Below, one piece after another: positions 44,855 through 53,350 of a DNA stretch of 64,000 nt. The notes beneath the pieces were generated by a model that was given only the letters and a program-made list of their open reading frames with translations, was not told the origin of the DNA and made no database searches. The translations under genes were made by a program, and so were the position numbers. This stretch comes from Candidatus Bathyarchaeota archaeon (lineage in GTDB: Archaea > Thermoproteota > Bathyarchaeia > Bathyarchaeales > Bathycorpusculaceae), in NCBI GenBank assembly GCA_963775895.1, contig CAVZKL010000028.1:1-64000 (forward strand), given 5' to 3'. How positions within the stretch are numbered: the first letter of the stretch is position 1; the number at the start of each line of letters is the position of its first letter.

Positions 44855-46798
44855 CTACGCCTGCTCATCTTCCAAGAAACCCGTTAGAAATATCGCGTAC
44901 TCGCAGGGATGTTCATTCTTCAGCAGTGATTTGATGATTTTTATCTTTCCCTTTTTTCCATGGATGACCCTTGAAAGCGCGTATTCTATCACTCTCTTCC
45001 TGAGACTGCAGAGCCAAGTTTTCTGTCCCGACTTAACCAATTCGTAATACGGGCACGTCTTGTATTTTAGAGTGAACCCTCCCTCGAAGTACTCGATCTC
45101 AACTTCAACGTCAAGCTCACGATACATATCAATGAACCTCTCGCCAACCTCTCTGATGGTCCAAGGATAGTCTTCTGGAAACATCTCGTCTATTGAAACC
45201 TTTGTCTTCGCGAAAGCTTCATCACACGAACTGGCTGACATTTCATTGATCAACACCTCCATCAGCTTTTTGCGAGGAACTGGTTCCAATACGGGTTTTT
45301 GAAGGTGTCTAACTTTGAAACTGAGAAGATTCTGGAAGACCGTTGCTTGGATCTCGTAACCAAGCTCAGTGAATATGGATTCAATTAGAAAACGCTGACT
45401 ATTCATAAGCAGCGTGTCCACTTTTCTGAAGATTATCGTAAAATGCTCATCGTCAACCAAACGCACCTCTGCATCTGGTTGGATGGACCCTATGTTTTTT
45501 AGTATAAAATTCTGCGCCAGTTTCCTAATCTTATCTGGATCGTTTCTTGCCAACATTCGAATCGCATTTGAAACACGGACGCCCATCGCACGATAGGTCT
45601 CACTGAACTTCTCCTTGTTGGAATCATAGACCCTCGACGCGAAAGAAGTGAAGACCTCGCGTGGAACAGGGATGACATCCAAGAACTGTTTCCCGATAGT
45701 CTGATAGAGACTGACTTCCACTATTTGATCCAGAAGACTCGGATCTTCCTGACCCACATACTGAATTGTTGCACTTGCCGTCGTCTGCTCCACGGAATAT
45801 TTCAACAGTTTCCAACCCCGCGTTGCAAGAACAACGGAAAGCATTACGATTGACAGCTTGGAGACGGAAGGAGTGGTGGACTGGAAAGAAATATCAAGTG
45901 TCTTTCCATCGACGTCTCTCAGTATCTTGGCCTGTTTGAACCAATTCATTTTTATGAAAGCCAGAAGCAAACTCTGCACGAATTCTTTTGGTTCGGTCGG
46001 AAGCTCGCCCGTGCCAAGCGCGATTCTGAGGTCTTCGAGGAATGAGCCAAAATCTGTTATGGGTTCTTCGAGATGCTTCTCAGCCCAATTCATAAATGCT
46101 GGCCCTACCAGCATCAATGTGTTTCTAAACAGACTGGGGGTAGTGTTCGAAAGCCGCTTTTCGATTTGTTCACTAAGTTCCCCAAGATCCTTTCGTTTGA
46201 GAGGGTAGATCTCTTGCCGCATCATCTTGGTTGCAATGTCTTCTCCCATCAATCTCATTTCAAAGGATATTTGCAAGCCCTCCAGAATGGTCGCTATTTG
46301 GAACGCAACAATTTCCGGAAGCCGCATGAAGGAGCTGGGCCTGAGAATCACCGTGTTGTCGATTTCGCTGTATGAAGCAATTTCAAAAATCCTGGTCAGG
46401 TCTCTTATCTCTCCTAGAACCATCATGAATTCCTTAAAATTCGAAGGCTTCTTCCAAGCGACGGATCCTTTCAATATTTCGATAGTGTCTTTTGCTTCTT
46501 CCTTCTGTTCCTTGATAAAGTCTTGGATCGATTTGTCTCCCACCGCCACTTCCAAGAGACTATTCACTGTTTTCTTTCCAACAGAAATAAGATCCAAAGC
46601 TTCTCTGAGATTCATTTGCTCTTTCATCTTTGCCTTTACGGCACAATCATCGCATGACCCAACTTTTTCAACCCTCAACAGAGTCTCAAGCGCTTTCTCG
46701 ATAACACGGTTCTTGCCTCCATAAGTCTGTGACAATTCCTCAAGCATTTCATCTGTTTTCTTGGTAACCGTCGTATGAAGGTGAATCGGCACTGTCAT
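44855..46798 (-). CDS. Putative transcription regulator: N-terminal ribbon-helix-helix, CxxC, about four tandem V4R/H-NOX-like domains
   Basis: IHLHTTV-TKKTDEMLEELSQTY-GGKNRVIEKALETLL (RHH pattern), CDDC, C-terminal TLKYKTCPYY...LC...SLLKNEHPCEYAI (V4R/MetOD1-like Cys triad). Confidence 0.6.
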   Translation of the reverse strand: MTVPIHLHTTVTKKTDEMLEELSQTYGGKNRVIEKALETLLRVEKVGSCDDCAVKAKMKEQMNLREALDLISVGKKTVNSLLEVAVGDKSIQDFIKEQKEEAKDTIEILKGSVAWKKPSNFKEFMMVLGEIRDLTRIFEIASYSEIDNTVILRPSSFMRLPEIVAFQIATILEGLQISFEMRLMGEDIATKMMRQEIYPLKRKDLGELSEQIEKRLSNTTPSLFRNTLMLVGPAFMNWAEKHLEEPITDFGSFLEDLRIALGTGELPTEPKEFVQSLLLAFIKMNWFKQAKILRDVDGKTLDISFQSTTPSVSKLSIVMLSVVLATRGWKLLKYSVEQTTASATIQYVGQEDPSLLDQIVEVSLYQTIGKQFLDVIPVPREVFTSFASRVYDSNKEKFSETYRAMGVRVSNAIRMLARNDPDKIRKLAQNFILKNIGSIQPDAEVRLVDDEHFTIIFRKVDTLLMNSQRFLIESIFTELGYEIQATVFQNLLSFKVRHLQKPVLEPVPRKKLMEVLINEMSASSCDEAFAKTKVSIDEMFPEDYPWTIREVGERFIDMYRELDVEVEIEYFEGGFTLKYKTCPYYELVKSGQKTWLCSLRKRVIEYALSRVIHGKKGKIKIIKSLLKNEHPCEYAIFLTGFLEDEQA

Positions 46799-46825
46799 CC
46801 CCAGATTATGGTTCAGATTGGTTTC

Positions 46826-46870
46826 TATTAAACGTGTTCACAGAAAATGGATGATGTACACGAACGACAA
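46826..46870 (-). promoter_or_regulatory. TATA box plus TGWWCA boxes upstream of the RHH regulator
   Basis: Minus-strand TTTAATA at 46826-46832; TGTTCA 46835-40; TGTACA 46855-60 within ATGATGTACACGAACGACAAC. Confidence 0.5.
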
Positions 46871-46891
46871 CAAAAAAGAAAAAGAAGGGAA
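46868..46891 (-). terminator. Oligo-T terminator after the extended GDH
   Basis: Minus strand TTCCCTTCTTTTTCTTTTTTGTTG just after the stop at 46902. Confidence 0.55.
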
Positions 46892-46901
46892 GTTAGGCTT
46901 T

Positions 46902-48665
46902 CTATCTCTGAACTGCGATGAACGCCCCCTTTTGGCGAGTGAACATCGCGTCCGAAAGTCGTTTTATGGCATTCATATAAGCTGCGACTCGCAGGCTAAC
47001 CTTATAGGTCAAGGCAACATCAAGAACCGAATTGAACGCTGTGACAATAGTGTTTTCCAGCTTACCTCGTACTTCTTCTTCTGTCCAGTAATAGTTCATC
47101 TGGTTCTGAACCTGTTCAAAGTAGCTTACGATGACTCCTCCCGAGTTGGCTAAAATGTCTGGAATCACGAAGACTCCGTTCCTGTAGAGTATCTCGTCAG
47201 CTTCAGGCGTGGTCGGTCCGTTGGCGCCCTCTGCTACAATCTTGGCTCTGATCTTGCCTGCATTTGTCACTGTAATCTGATTCTCTAGGGCTGACGGAAC
47301 TAGAACGTCACATTTCAGCTCTAACAGTTCCTCGTTTGTCATGTTTGTGCTGTCCTTGTAGCCGATGACAGAACCGGTTTCGTTTTTGTATTCGAGTACC
47401 TTGATGGGATCTATTCCTTTCGCGTTGTATATTGCACCCTTGGAATCAGAAACAGCTATTATTTTGCATCCGATTTCGTTGAGCAATTTCGCAGCATGGA
47501 ATCCTACGTTGCCGAATCCTTGAACAGCGACTTCTGCGCCTTTTAGTTTCAGGCCCAAGTGTTTTGCAGCTTCGATGACTGTGTACATCACGCCCCGGGA
47601 AGTGGCCTCAGTTCTGCCCAGCGAGCCGCCGACATTGACTGGCTTTCCGGTCACGACGCCGAAGGCGTTGTAGCCGACTATGTCACTGTACTCGTCCATT
47701 ATCCAAGCCATTGTTTGTGAATCAGTATATACGTCTGGGGCGGGCACGTCAGAGTTTGGTCCAATGTATCTTGCTATTGCTCGTGCGTATCCTCTCGTTA
47801 GTCTTTCAAGCTCTCCCTGGGACATTTCCTTAGGATTACATCTTATCCCGCCTTTCCCTCCGCCTAGAGGCAGTCCCGTGACCGCAGTCTTAAAGGTCAT
47901 CCATGCTGACAAAGCCACCACCTCGTCCAGTGTAAGATCTGGATGGTAACGAATGCCTCCTTTTGTGGGTCCTAGGATATCGTTGTACTGCACCCGATAT
48001 CCAGTGAAAACTTGCAAGCCTCCGTCGTCCATGGTGACGGGAAAATTGACTATTATTGCTCTCACTGGGCGTTTCAGCATCTCGTGCAGGCCAGGGTCCA
48101 GCTTCAGTTTTTTTGCAGCGATATCAAGCAGTCTGAGGACTGCCTCGTAAGGGTTTGGCGTTGCTACGATTGGAACCAAGGTTTCCAACTTGATAGACAT
48201 AGCTGTTTGCAGTTTCTCCATCAAATTCTGGAAATTCTCGCGCGCCACTTCGCCGTTGCCGTTCGTGCTTCCAAAGAACCAGACGTAAGCTTCTATGATC
48301 GATTCAGACCTCTTTGAGGTGAAAGAACCAGCGGGCGACATTTTGGGATTTGCCGAAAAGTAGTCGATGATCGTGCGAAGCATGTTGATTTCCTCTTTTG
48401 ACATTTGAAGCCATTTGTTTAGTGGGCGTGGCGCTTCCACTTGAACGTATTCGGCTTCATTGATTCTTCTTTGAAGCTCTTCCAGTGTTTTCCACGCGTC
48501 TGCTTCTGGAATTCCAAAGTTCTCTGAGTACGTTGTAACGAGAGCATAGTGGGCGGTCGTGTAGCTTTCTATTTTTGCGGTTAGTTCCGGTTTTTCCACA
48601 AAGAAATCAGCCATCAGTTTTATCATTCCGAGTTCTCGTCCTGAGAGTTCTATTGGGCTTAACAT
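46902..48665 (-). CDS. gdh: Glutamate dehydrogenase (Glu/Leu/Phe/Val family) with ~170-aa N-terminal extension
   Basis: [56 protein letters not shown] core starts at about aa 171 (NPYEAVL). Confidence 0.9.
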   Translation of the reverse strand: MLSPIELSGRELGMIKLMADFFVEKPELTAKIESYTTAHYALVTTYSENFGIPEADAWKTLEELQRRINEAEYVQVEAPRPLNKWLQMSKEEINMLRTIIDYFSANPKMSPAGSFTSKRSESIIEAYVWFFGSTNGNGEVARENFQNLMEKLQTAMSIKLETLVPIVATPNPYEAVLRLLDIAAKKLKLDPGLHEMLKRPVRAIIVNFPVTMDDGGLQVFTGYRVQYNDILGPTKGGIRYHPDLTLDEVVALSAWMTFKTAVTGLPLGGGKGGIRCNPKEMSQGELERLTRGYARAIARYIGPNSDVPAPDVYTDSQTMAWIMDEYSDIVGYNAFGVVTGKPVNVGGSLGRTEATSRGVMYTVIEAAKHLGLKLKGAEVAVQGFGNVGFHAAKLLNEIGCKIIAVSDSKGAIYNAKGIDPIKVLEYKNETGSVIGYKDSTNMTNEELLELKCDVLVPSALENQITVTNAGKIRAKIVAEGANGPTTPEADEILYRNGVFVIPDILANSGGVIVSYFEQVQNQMNYYWTEEEVRGKLENTIVTAFNSVLDVALTYKVSLRVAAYMNAIKRLSDAMFTRQKGAFIAVQR

Positions 48666-48699
48666 TTTTCTTCACCGTGTTTTTCAGAGAATAAATAGA

Positions 48700-48780
48700 G
48701 GCCATGTTCAAATATAGAAACGTTATGTACATGATGTACATGAATGAACAACGTTGTCGCAACCTAAACGTTTTTAACAT
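48700..48780. promoter_or_regulatory. Divergent promoter region with four TGWWCA boxes
   Basis: TGTTCA 48705, TGTACA 48726, TGTACA 48735, TGAACA 48745; TATA-like TTTTTAAC 48771 for the + gene. Confidence 0.55.
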
Positions 48781-48809
48781 TGCCAGCTAAAAGCACCTCG
48801 GAGATCCGA

Positions 48810-49559
48810 ATGGACACACCGAAGAAAAAGGAATACAAAATGTTGTCAACAGGCATAAAACCACTGGATCAGCTTCTAGGCGGTGGACTATTTCTGGGCG
48901 AGAACGTTGTCTGGGAAGTGGAGTCTGCAACTTTCGCCCGAGAGTTCCTCTACAATTTCATGAGACAAGGCATCATCGAAGGAAATCAGGTAATCTATCT
49001 TGATTTCATCTATCCTCCACAGGCGCTGATGTTGCAATTGCAGCCCTTAATCACAACTCTCCCCGAAGGATGGGAGAACAAATTCCTAGTGCTGGACTGT
49101 TTCTCGGAATCTTCGGGTCTGGGAGAATTGGTGTTCATTGACTTCTACGATAAATCCCCCTCGTGGCTCAGAAAGGTCCCGAGCTCAAAAGATCCAGAAC
49201 AGTTTCACAAATTCTTCGGAAGGATTGAAAGAGAATTCATTACACCAGGAACGCGACTCGTCTTCAACAGCCTTTCGCTCATGGAACATATTTGGGGAAA
49301 TGAGACGGTGAGAGTATTCTTCAGCCACATCTGCCCGGCTTTGTACGCGTATCAAACACTTGCTTATTGGACCATAGCCAAGAACGCTCATCCCAAGGAG
49401 TTCGTTGCACTCATTGAACACATAACTCAAGTCGTGGTTGATCTGACCAAGCAAGATGAGAAAAGGTTCCTAGAAGTGAGAAAGGCAGGCAGTAGATACG
49501 ATCCACAGAGTTTTCAACGCCATGAATATTTTGTTCACGAACTGAAGATTGATTTCTGA
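48810..49559 (+). CDS. KaiC/RecA-superfamily protein with inactivated ATPase motifs
   Basis: LSTGIKPLDQLLGGGL start, VIYLDF, LVLDCFS, RLVFNSLS, C-terminal LEVRKA. Walker A replaced by EVESATFAREF. Confidence 0.8.
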   Translation: MDTPKKKEYKMLSTGIKPLDQLLGGGLFLGENVVWEVESATFAREFLYNFMRQGIIEGNQVIYLDFIYPPQALMLQLQPLITTLPEGWENKFLVLDCFSESSGLGELVFIDFYDKSPSWLRKVPSSKDPEQFHKFFGRIEREFITPGTRLVFNSLSLMEHIWGNETVRVFFSHICPALYAYQTLAYWTIAKNAHPKEFVALIEHITQVVVDLTKQDEKRFLEVRKAGSRYDPQSFQRHEYFVHELKIDF

Positions 49560-49570
49560 AGACCCCTTTT

Positions 49571-49620
49571 CATGTTCATGTATGTTCATAGAAAACCATT
49601 CTGAGGTAAATACTTAAATG
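49571..49620 (+). promoter_or_regulatory. Tandem ATGTTCAT boxes upstream of the BRE/TATA of the glutamate-synthase-family gene
   Basis: TGTTCA at 49573 and 49583 (10-bp period), then GAGGTAAA-TACTTAAATG at 49603-49620. Confidence 0.5.
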
Positions 49621-49677
49621 TGGATTATAGAATATCATCTACTTCCAAAATTGGAAATGCTAGAAGGAGAGAGTTGA

Positions 49678-51285
49678 ATGACTGAGCGTGTACATAAAAA
49701 CAGTTCGTATCTGAATGGAAAATCCACAACTGGAACACAAACGCGAGTCAAAGACACAAGCCCCACGAGCGGAATGTGCCCAATCTGTATCCGTGACTGC
49801 CCGTTTCTGTGTGAAATAAGTCTGTCAGCCTTCAGAGGAAGAGAAGCGCTCTACCCAGAACCAGTACAATTCGGCTACAGCACCGCAGGCGCGCTCAAAG
49901 ATTTCGGATTAGACTGGTCAAACTTCAACATACAAGCGGGCCTCTTCGAAGCAGAAGGAATCGAACCAAACTCGGATCTAACTATATTCCCGAACGTCAA
50001 CATAGAAACAAAAGTCGGACGCATACCACTGAAGATTCCAATTCTGAACGGAGCCTTCGGCTCAACAGATGTAGCGAGACTCAATTGGGAAGGACTAGCA
50101 GTTGGCGCAGCTATCGCTGGTGCATCAATAATCGTCGGTGAAAACGTTTGTGGCATGGATGCAGAAGCTACAATTACTAACGGAAAAGTCACCCACTCAA
50201 AAGAGCTCAAACGTAGAGTCGACCTGTTCAGAAAGTTCTGGGACGGAAAGTACGGAGAGATCGTTGTACAGACAAACGTTGAAGATCAGAGACTCGGCGT
50301 TGACGTATATGCCATCTCAAAGCTGGAAGTGAACGTCATTGAAAGAAAATGGGGTCAAGGAGCAAAAGCAATCGGAGGCGAGGTGCGAGTAAGAGATTTA
50401 GAAAAAGCCAAACTTCTCAAGAAAAGAGGCTACATAGTAATCCCCGATCCAGAAGACCCATCTGTTCAACAGGCATTCAAAGAAGGCGTGTTCAAGTCCT
50501 TTGAGAGACACAGCAGAGTAGGAATCCCGAAAGAAAAGAACTTCATAGAGGACATCGAATGGCTGAGAAAACAGGGCGCTAAATATGTAACGTTGAAAAC
50601 TGGAGCATACAGGCCTTCGGCAGTAGCATGGACGATGAAAATGGCTTCAGAAGCAAAAATAGACTACGTGTCATTTGATGGTGCAGCTGGCGGAACAGGC
50701 ATGAGCCCTGTGCCCATGATGGACGAGATGAGCATACCAACAGTCTACTTGGAAGCCATAGTCCTGAAATGCGCACAACTGCTCAAGAAGAAGGGGCGCT
50801 ACGTTCCAGATCTCATCATGGCAGGCGGCTTCATAGAGGAAACATCGATCTTTAAATCCATCGCGATGAGCAACTTTGGTCAAGGCCCATTCGTAAAAGC
50901 CGTTCTGATGGGACGCTCGCCAATAACTGCGGCATTCAAAGGAAGCTACTTCAAGCAACTGTCAGACGAAGGTAAGTTGCCTAAAGCTTTCGCAGACAAG
51001 TTTGGCGCAACACCAGAAAAGTTCTTCATCGCTACGCCTGAGCTGAAAGCAAAATACGGTGAACGCTTCAAAGAAATACCATGGGAAGCCGTTGCAGTCT
51101 ACACCTATCTGACCGACAGAGTTGGAGTTGGACTCAAGCAGCTTTTGGCAGGCAACAGAAAATGGAAACTAGACCTTGTCAGCAGAAATGACCTAATGAG
51201 CCTGTCAGAAAGAGCAACCAAAGTCACAGGTATACCGATGGCAGACGACTTCGAAAAAGATGCAATCGAAAAAATCCTGAGCTAA
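49678..51285 (+). CDS. FMN-binding glutamate synthase family protein (stand-alone GltB2-like)
   Basis: N-terminal CPICIRDCPFLC, GAFGSTD, ERKWGQGAKAIGGE, LKTGAY, FDGAAGGTGMSP, MAGG, MGRS. Confidence 0.85.
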   Translation: MTERVHKNSSYLNGKSTTGTQTRVKDTSPTSGMCPICIRDCPFLCEISLSAFRGREALYPEPVQFGYSTAGALKDFGLDWSNFNIQAGLFEAEGIEPNSDLTIFPNVNIETKVGRIPLKIPILNGAFGSTDVARLNWEGLAVGAAIAGASIIVGENVCGMDAEATITNGKVTHSKELKRRVDLFRKFWDGKYGEIVVQTNVEDQRLGVDVYAISKLEVNVIERKWGQGAKAIGGEVRVRDLEKAKLLKKRGYIVIPDPEDPSVQQAFKEGVFKSFERHSRVGIPKEKNFIEDIEWLRKQGAKYVTLKTGAYRPSAVAWTMKMASEAKIDYVSFDGAAGGTGMSPVPMMDEMSIPTVYLEAIVLKCAQLLKKKGRYVPDLIMAGGFIEETSIFKSIAMSNFGQGPFVKAVLMGRSPITAAFKGSYFKQLSDEGKLPKAFADKFGATPEKFFIATPELKAKYGERFKEIPWEAVAVYTYLTDRVGVGLKQLLAGNRKWKLDLVSRNDLMSLSERATKVTGIPMADDFEKDAIEKILS

Positions 51286-51290
51286 CACTC

Positions 51291-51307
51291 CTTTCTTTTC
51301 TTTTTTG
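51291..51307 (+). terminator. Oligo-T terminator
   Basis: CTTTCTTTTCTTTTTTG right after the stop. Confidence 0.55.
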
Positions 51308-51374
51308 ATTAAACTCGTAGTAAGCCTTAAATTCTAGATTCCAAAGCAAAAGCTCCGCAATAGAGGAGATTACC

Positions 51375-52624
51375 ATGGCAAAAGAAAGATCAGCATATGG
51401 TGTTGCATTAGAACAACTGAGACTCGCGGCTGAAAAGCTGAAACTTGACCCAGGAATACACGGGATGTTGAAAGTACCGAAGAGATCTTTGATAGTTACA
51501 GTTTCAATAAAGTTGGACAATGGGAAGATTGGAGTTTTCCAAGGCTGCAGAGTGCAGCACATGGACGCAAGAGGACCATTCAAGGGTGGAATACGCTACC
51601 ACCCAAACGTAACTCTGGACGAAGTCACCGCACTTTCCATGTGGATGACTTGGAAATGCTCAGTTATGGACATTCCATACGGCGGAGCAAAGGGCGGCAT
51701 CTGTTGTAACCCTAAAGAAATGTCCAGAGGCGAACTGGAGAACCTCACAAGACGTTATACGAGCATGATCTTTGACTTGATCGGTCCGTACCGTGATGTC
51801 CCTGCACCTGACGTCTACACCGACTCACAGACTATGGCTTGGATAATGGATACTTACAGCCAGCGCCAAGGCTACAGCGTTCCAGAGTGCGTCACAGGAA
51901 AACCCATCAGCATCGGCGGTTCTGAAGGACGAACTGAAGCAACGTCGCTAGGAGCTGACCTATGCGTCAGGGAAGCATGCAAGCAACTAGGCATGAAATT
52001 GAAGGGCTCCACTTTCGCAGTCCAAGGCTACGGTAACGTTGGATGGAACGCAGCCAAGATAGCATATGATTGGGGCGCCAAGATCTTGGCGGTGAGCGAC
52101 TCAATGGGTGGCATACATTCCAAAGAGGGACTCAACCCATACAAGGTGTACGAACATAAACAGAAAACAGGATCTGTCGTGAACTTCAAAGGAACTGAAA
52201 ACATTACAAATGAAGAGGTACTCGAAACGAAATGCGACGTACTTGTACCTGCCGCCCTAGAAAACGCGATTACGAAAGATAATGCAGACAAGATAAAGCC
52301 AAGATAATTTCAGAGGGCGCAAACGGACCGACCACGCCTGAAGCTGACGAGATACTCTACGAAAATAAGATACTGCATGTCCCAGACATTCTAGCTAACG
52401 CAGGCGGAGTCACAGTGAGCTATTACGAGTGGGTTCAGAACCTGGAAAGAGAACATTGGCCATTGAAAGAAGTGAACGAGAAACTTGAGGCCAAAATGGT
52501 AAAAGCTTTCAATGATGTGTACGCACTGTCTAAGAAAGAAAAATGCAACATGCGAATTGCCGCTCTGATGTTGGGCGTCGGCAGAGTCGCAGATGCAATC
52601 AAAACACTTGGTCTCTGGCCATAA
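51375..52624 (+). CDS. gdhA: Glutamate dehydrogenase, canonical size; frameshift ~52297
   Basis: [36 protein letters not shown], then [28 protein letters not shown] in the next frame. Confidence 0.92.
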
Positions 52625-52783
52625 TCAGACGAAAAAACCTTCACCTCTTTTTTCTATTTGAACCGCGAACCATTATTCCGAGTCTGCAAACTCTATTCTG
52701 CCTGATGATCTAAACTTTTAAACTACTATTCTTATATCTGCTTTCGAAGTCTGGTTCACAATCGAGGCTGGAGAAAGGAGAAG

Positions 52784-53350
52784 ATGGTCAAAACGGTTTC
52801 GGCCAGTATTAATAATCTAGATTTCATTTTTGAAAACTCGCCTCTGAGAATCACTGCAAGCAGGAATTGCCCTGAAATCAAACTCGCGGGGTTAACAGTC
52901 GGTCCTTTTGAAGAAGGCAACGATTATGAAGTCTTTTACTGGATTGCTATGGAGCTAACTAGATCTGGAATAGTCCATTTTCGCGCGGAAGACTTGTTGG
53001 ACACTGGAAAGCTGAGCAAGATACAGTGGACTGAGCGGGTGCAGACGGCCGGACAAATGTCCAAACTTCCTGAAGGTTTCTACCCAAAACTTCGCCGATA
53101 CCTCTCAGAGCTGAGGGAAAGAGTAGCCAACAACCCGGAACGAATGAGAGAATATGAAAGGGCAGACCATTTGACGAAAGACATCGTAAACTCCCGGATG
53201 AAGAAAATCGTTGCAATAGCTTCTGCTCCAGCCCAAGCTGAAAGCTCTCTCCGTAACTTAACAGCAGAAGAGAGGCTTCTCCACGAACAGCTTTCGAAAG
53301 TCATCAACAACTGGAAAACAAGGATATTGGAACAAAAGGGGAAAGCGTGA
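52784..53350 (+). CDS. GINS subunit (Gins23/Psf2-Psf3 type)
   Basis: B-domain first (GPFEEG..YEVFYWIAMEL), LPEGFYPKL, SRMKKIV, NLTAEE; immediately upstream of mcm. Confidence 0.75.
   Translation: MVKTVSASINNLDFIFENSPLRITASRNCPEIKLAGLTVGPFEEGNDYEVFYWIAMELTRSGIVHFRAEDLLDTGKLSKIQWTERVQTAGQMSKLPEGFYPKLRRYLSELRERVANNPERMREYERADHLTKDIVNSRMKKIVAIASAPAQAESSLRNLTAEERLLHEQLSKVINNWKTRILEQKGKA

Noticed and set aside
48810-49559. Circadian clock KaiC or archaellum ArlH
   Set aside because: Single domain, dead Walker motifs, no kaiA/kaiB or arl genes nearby.
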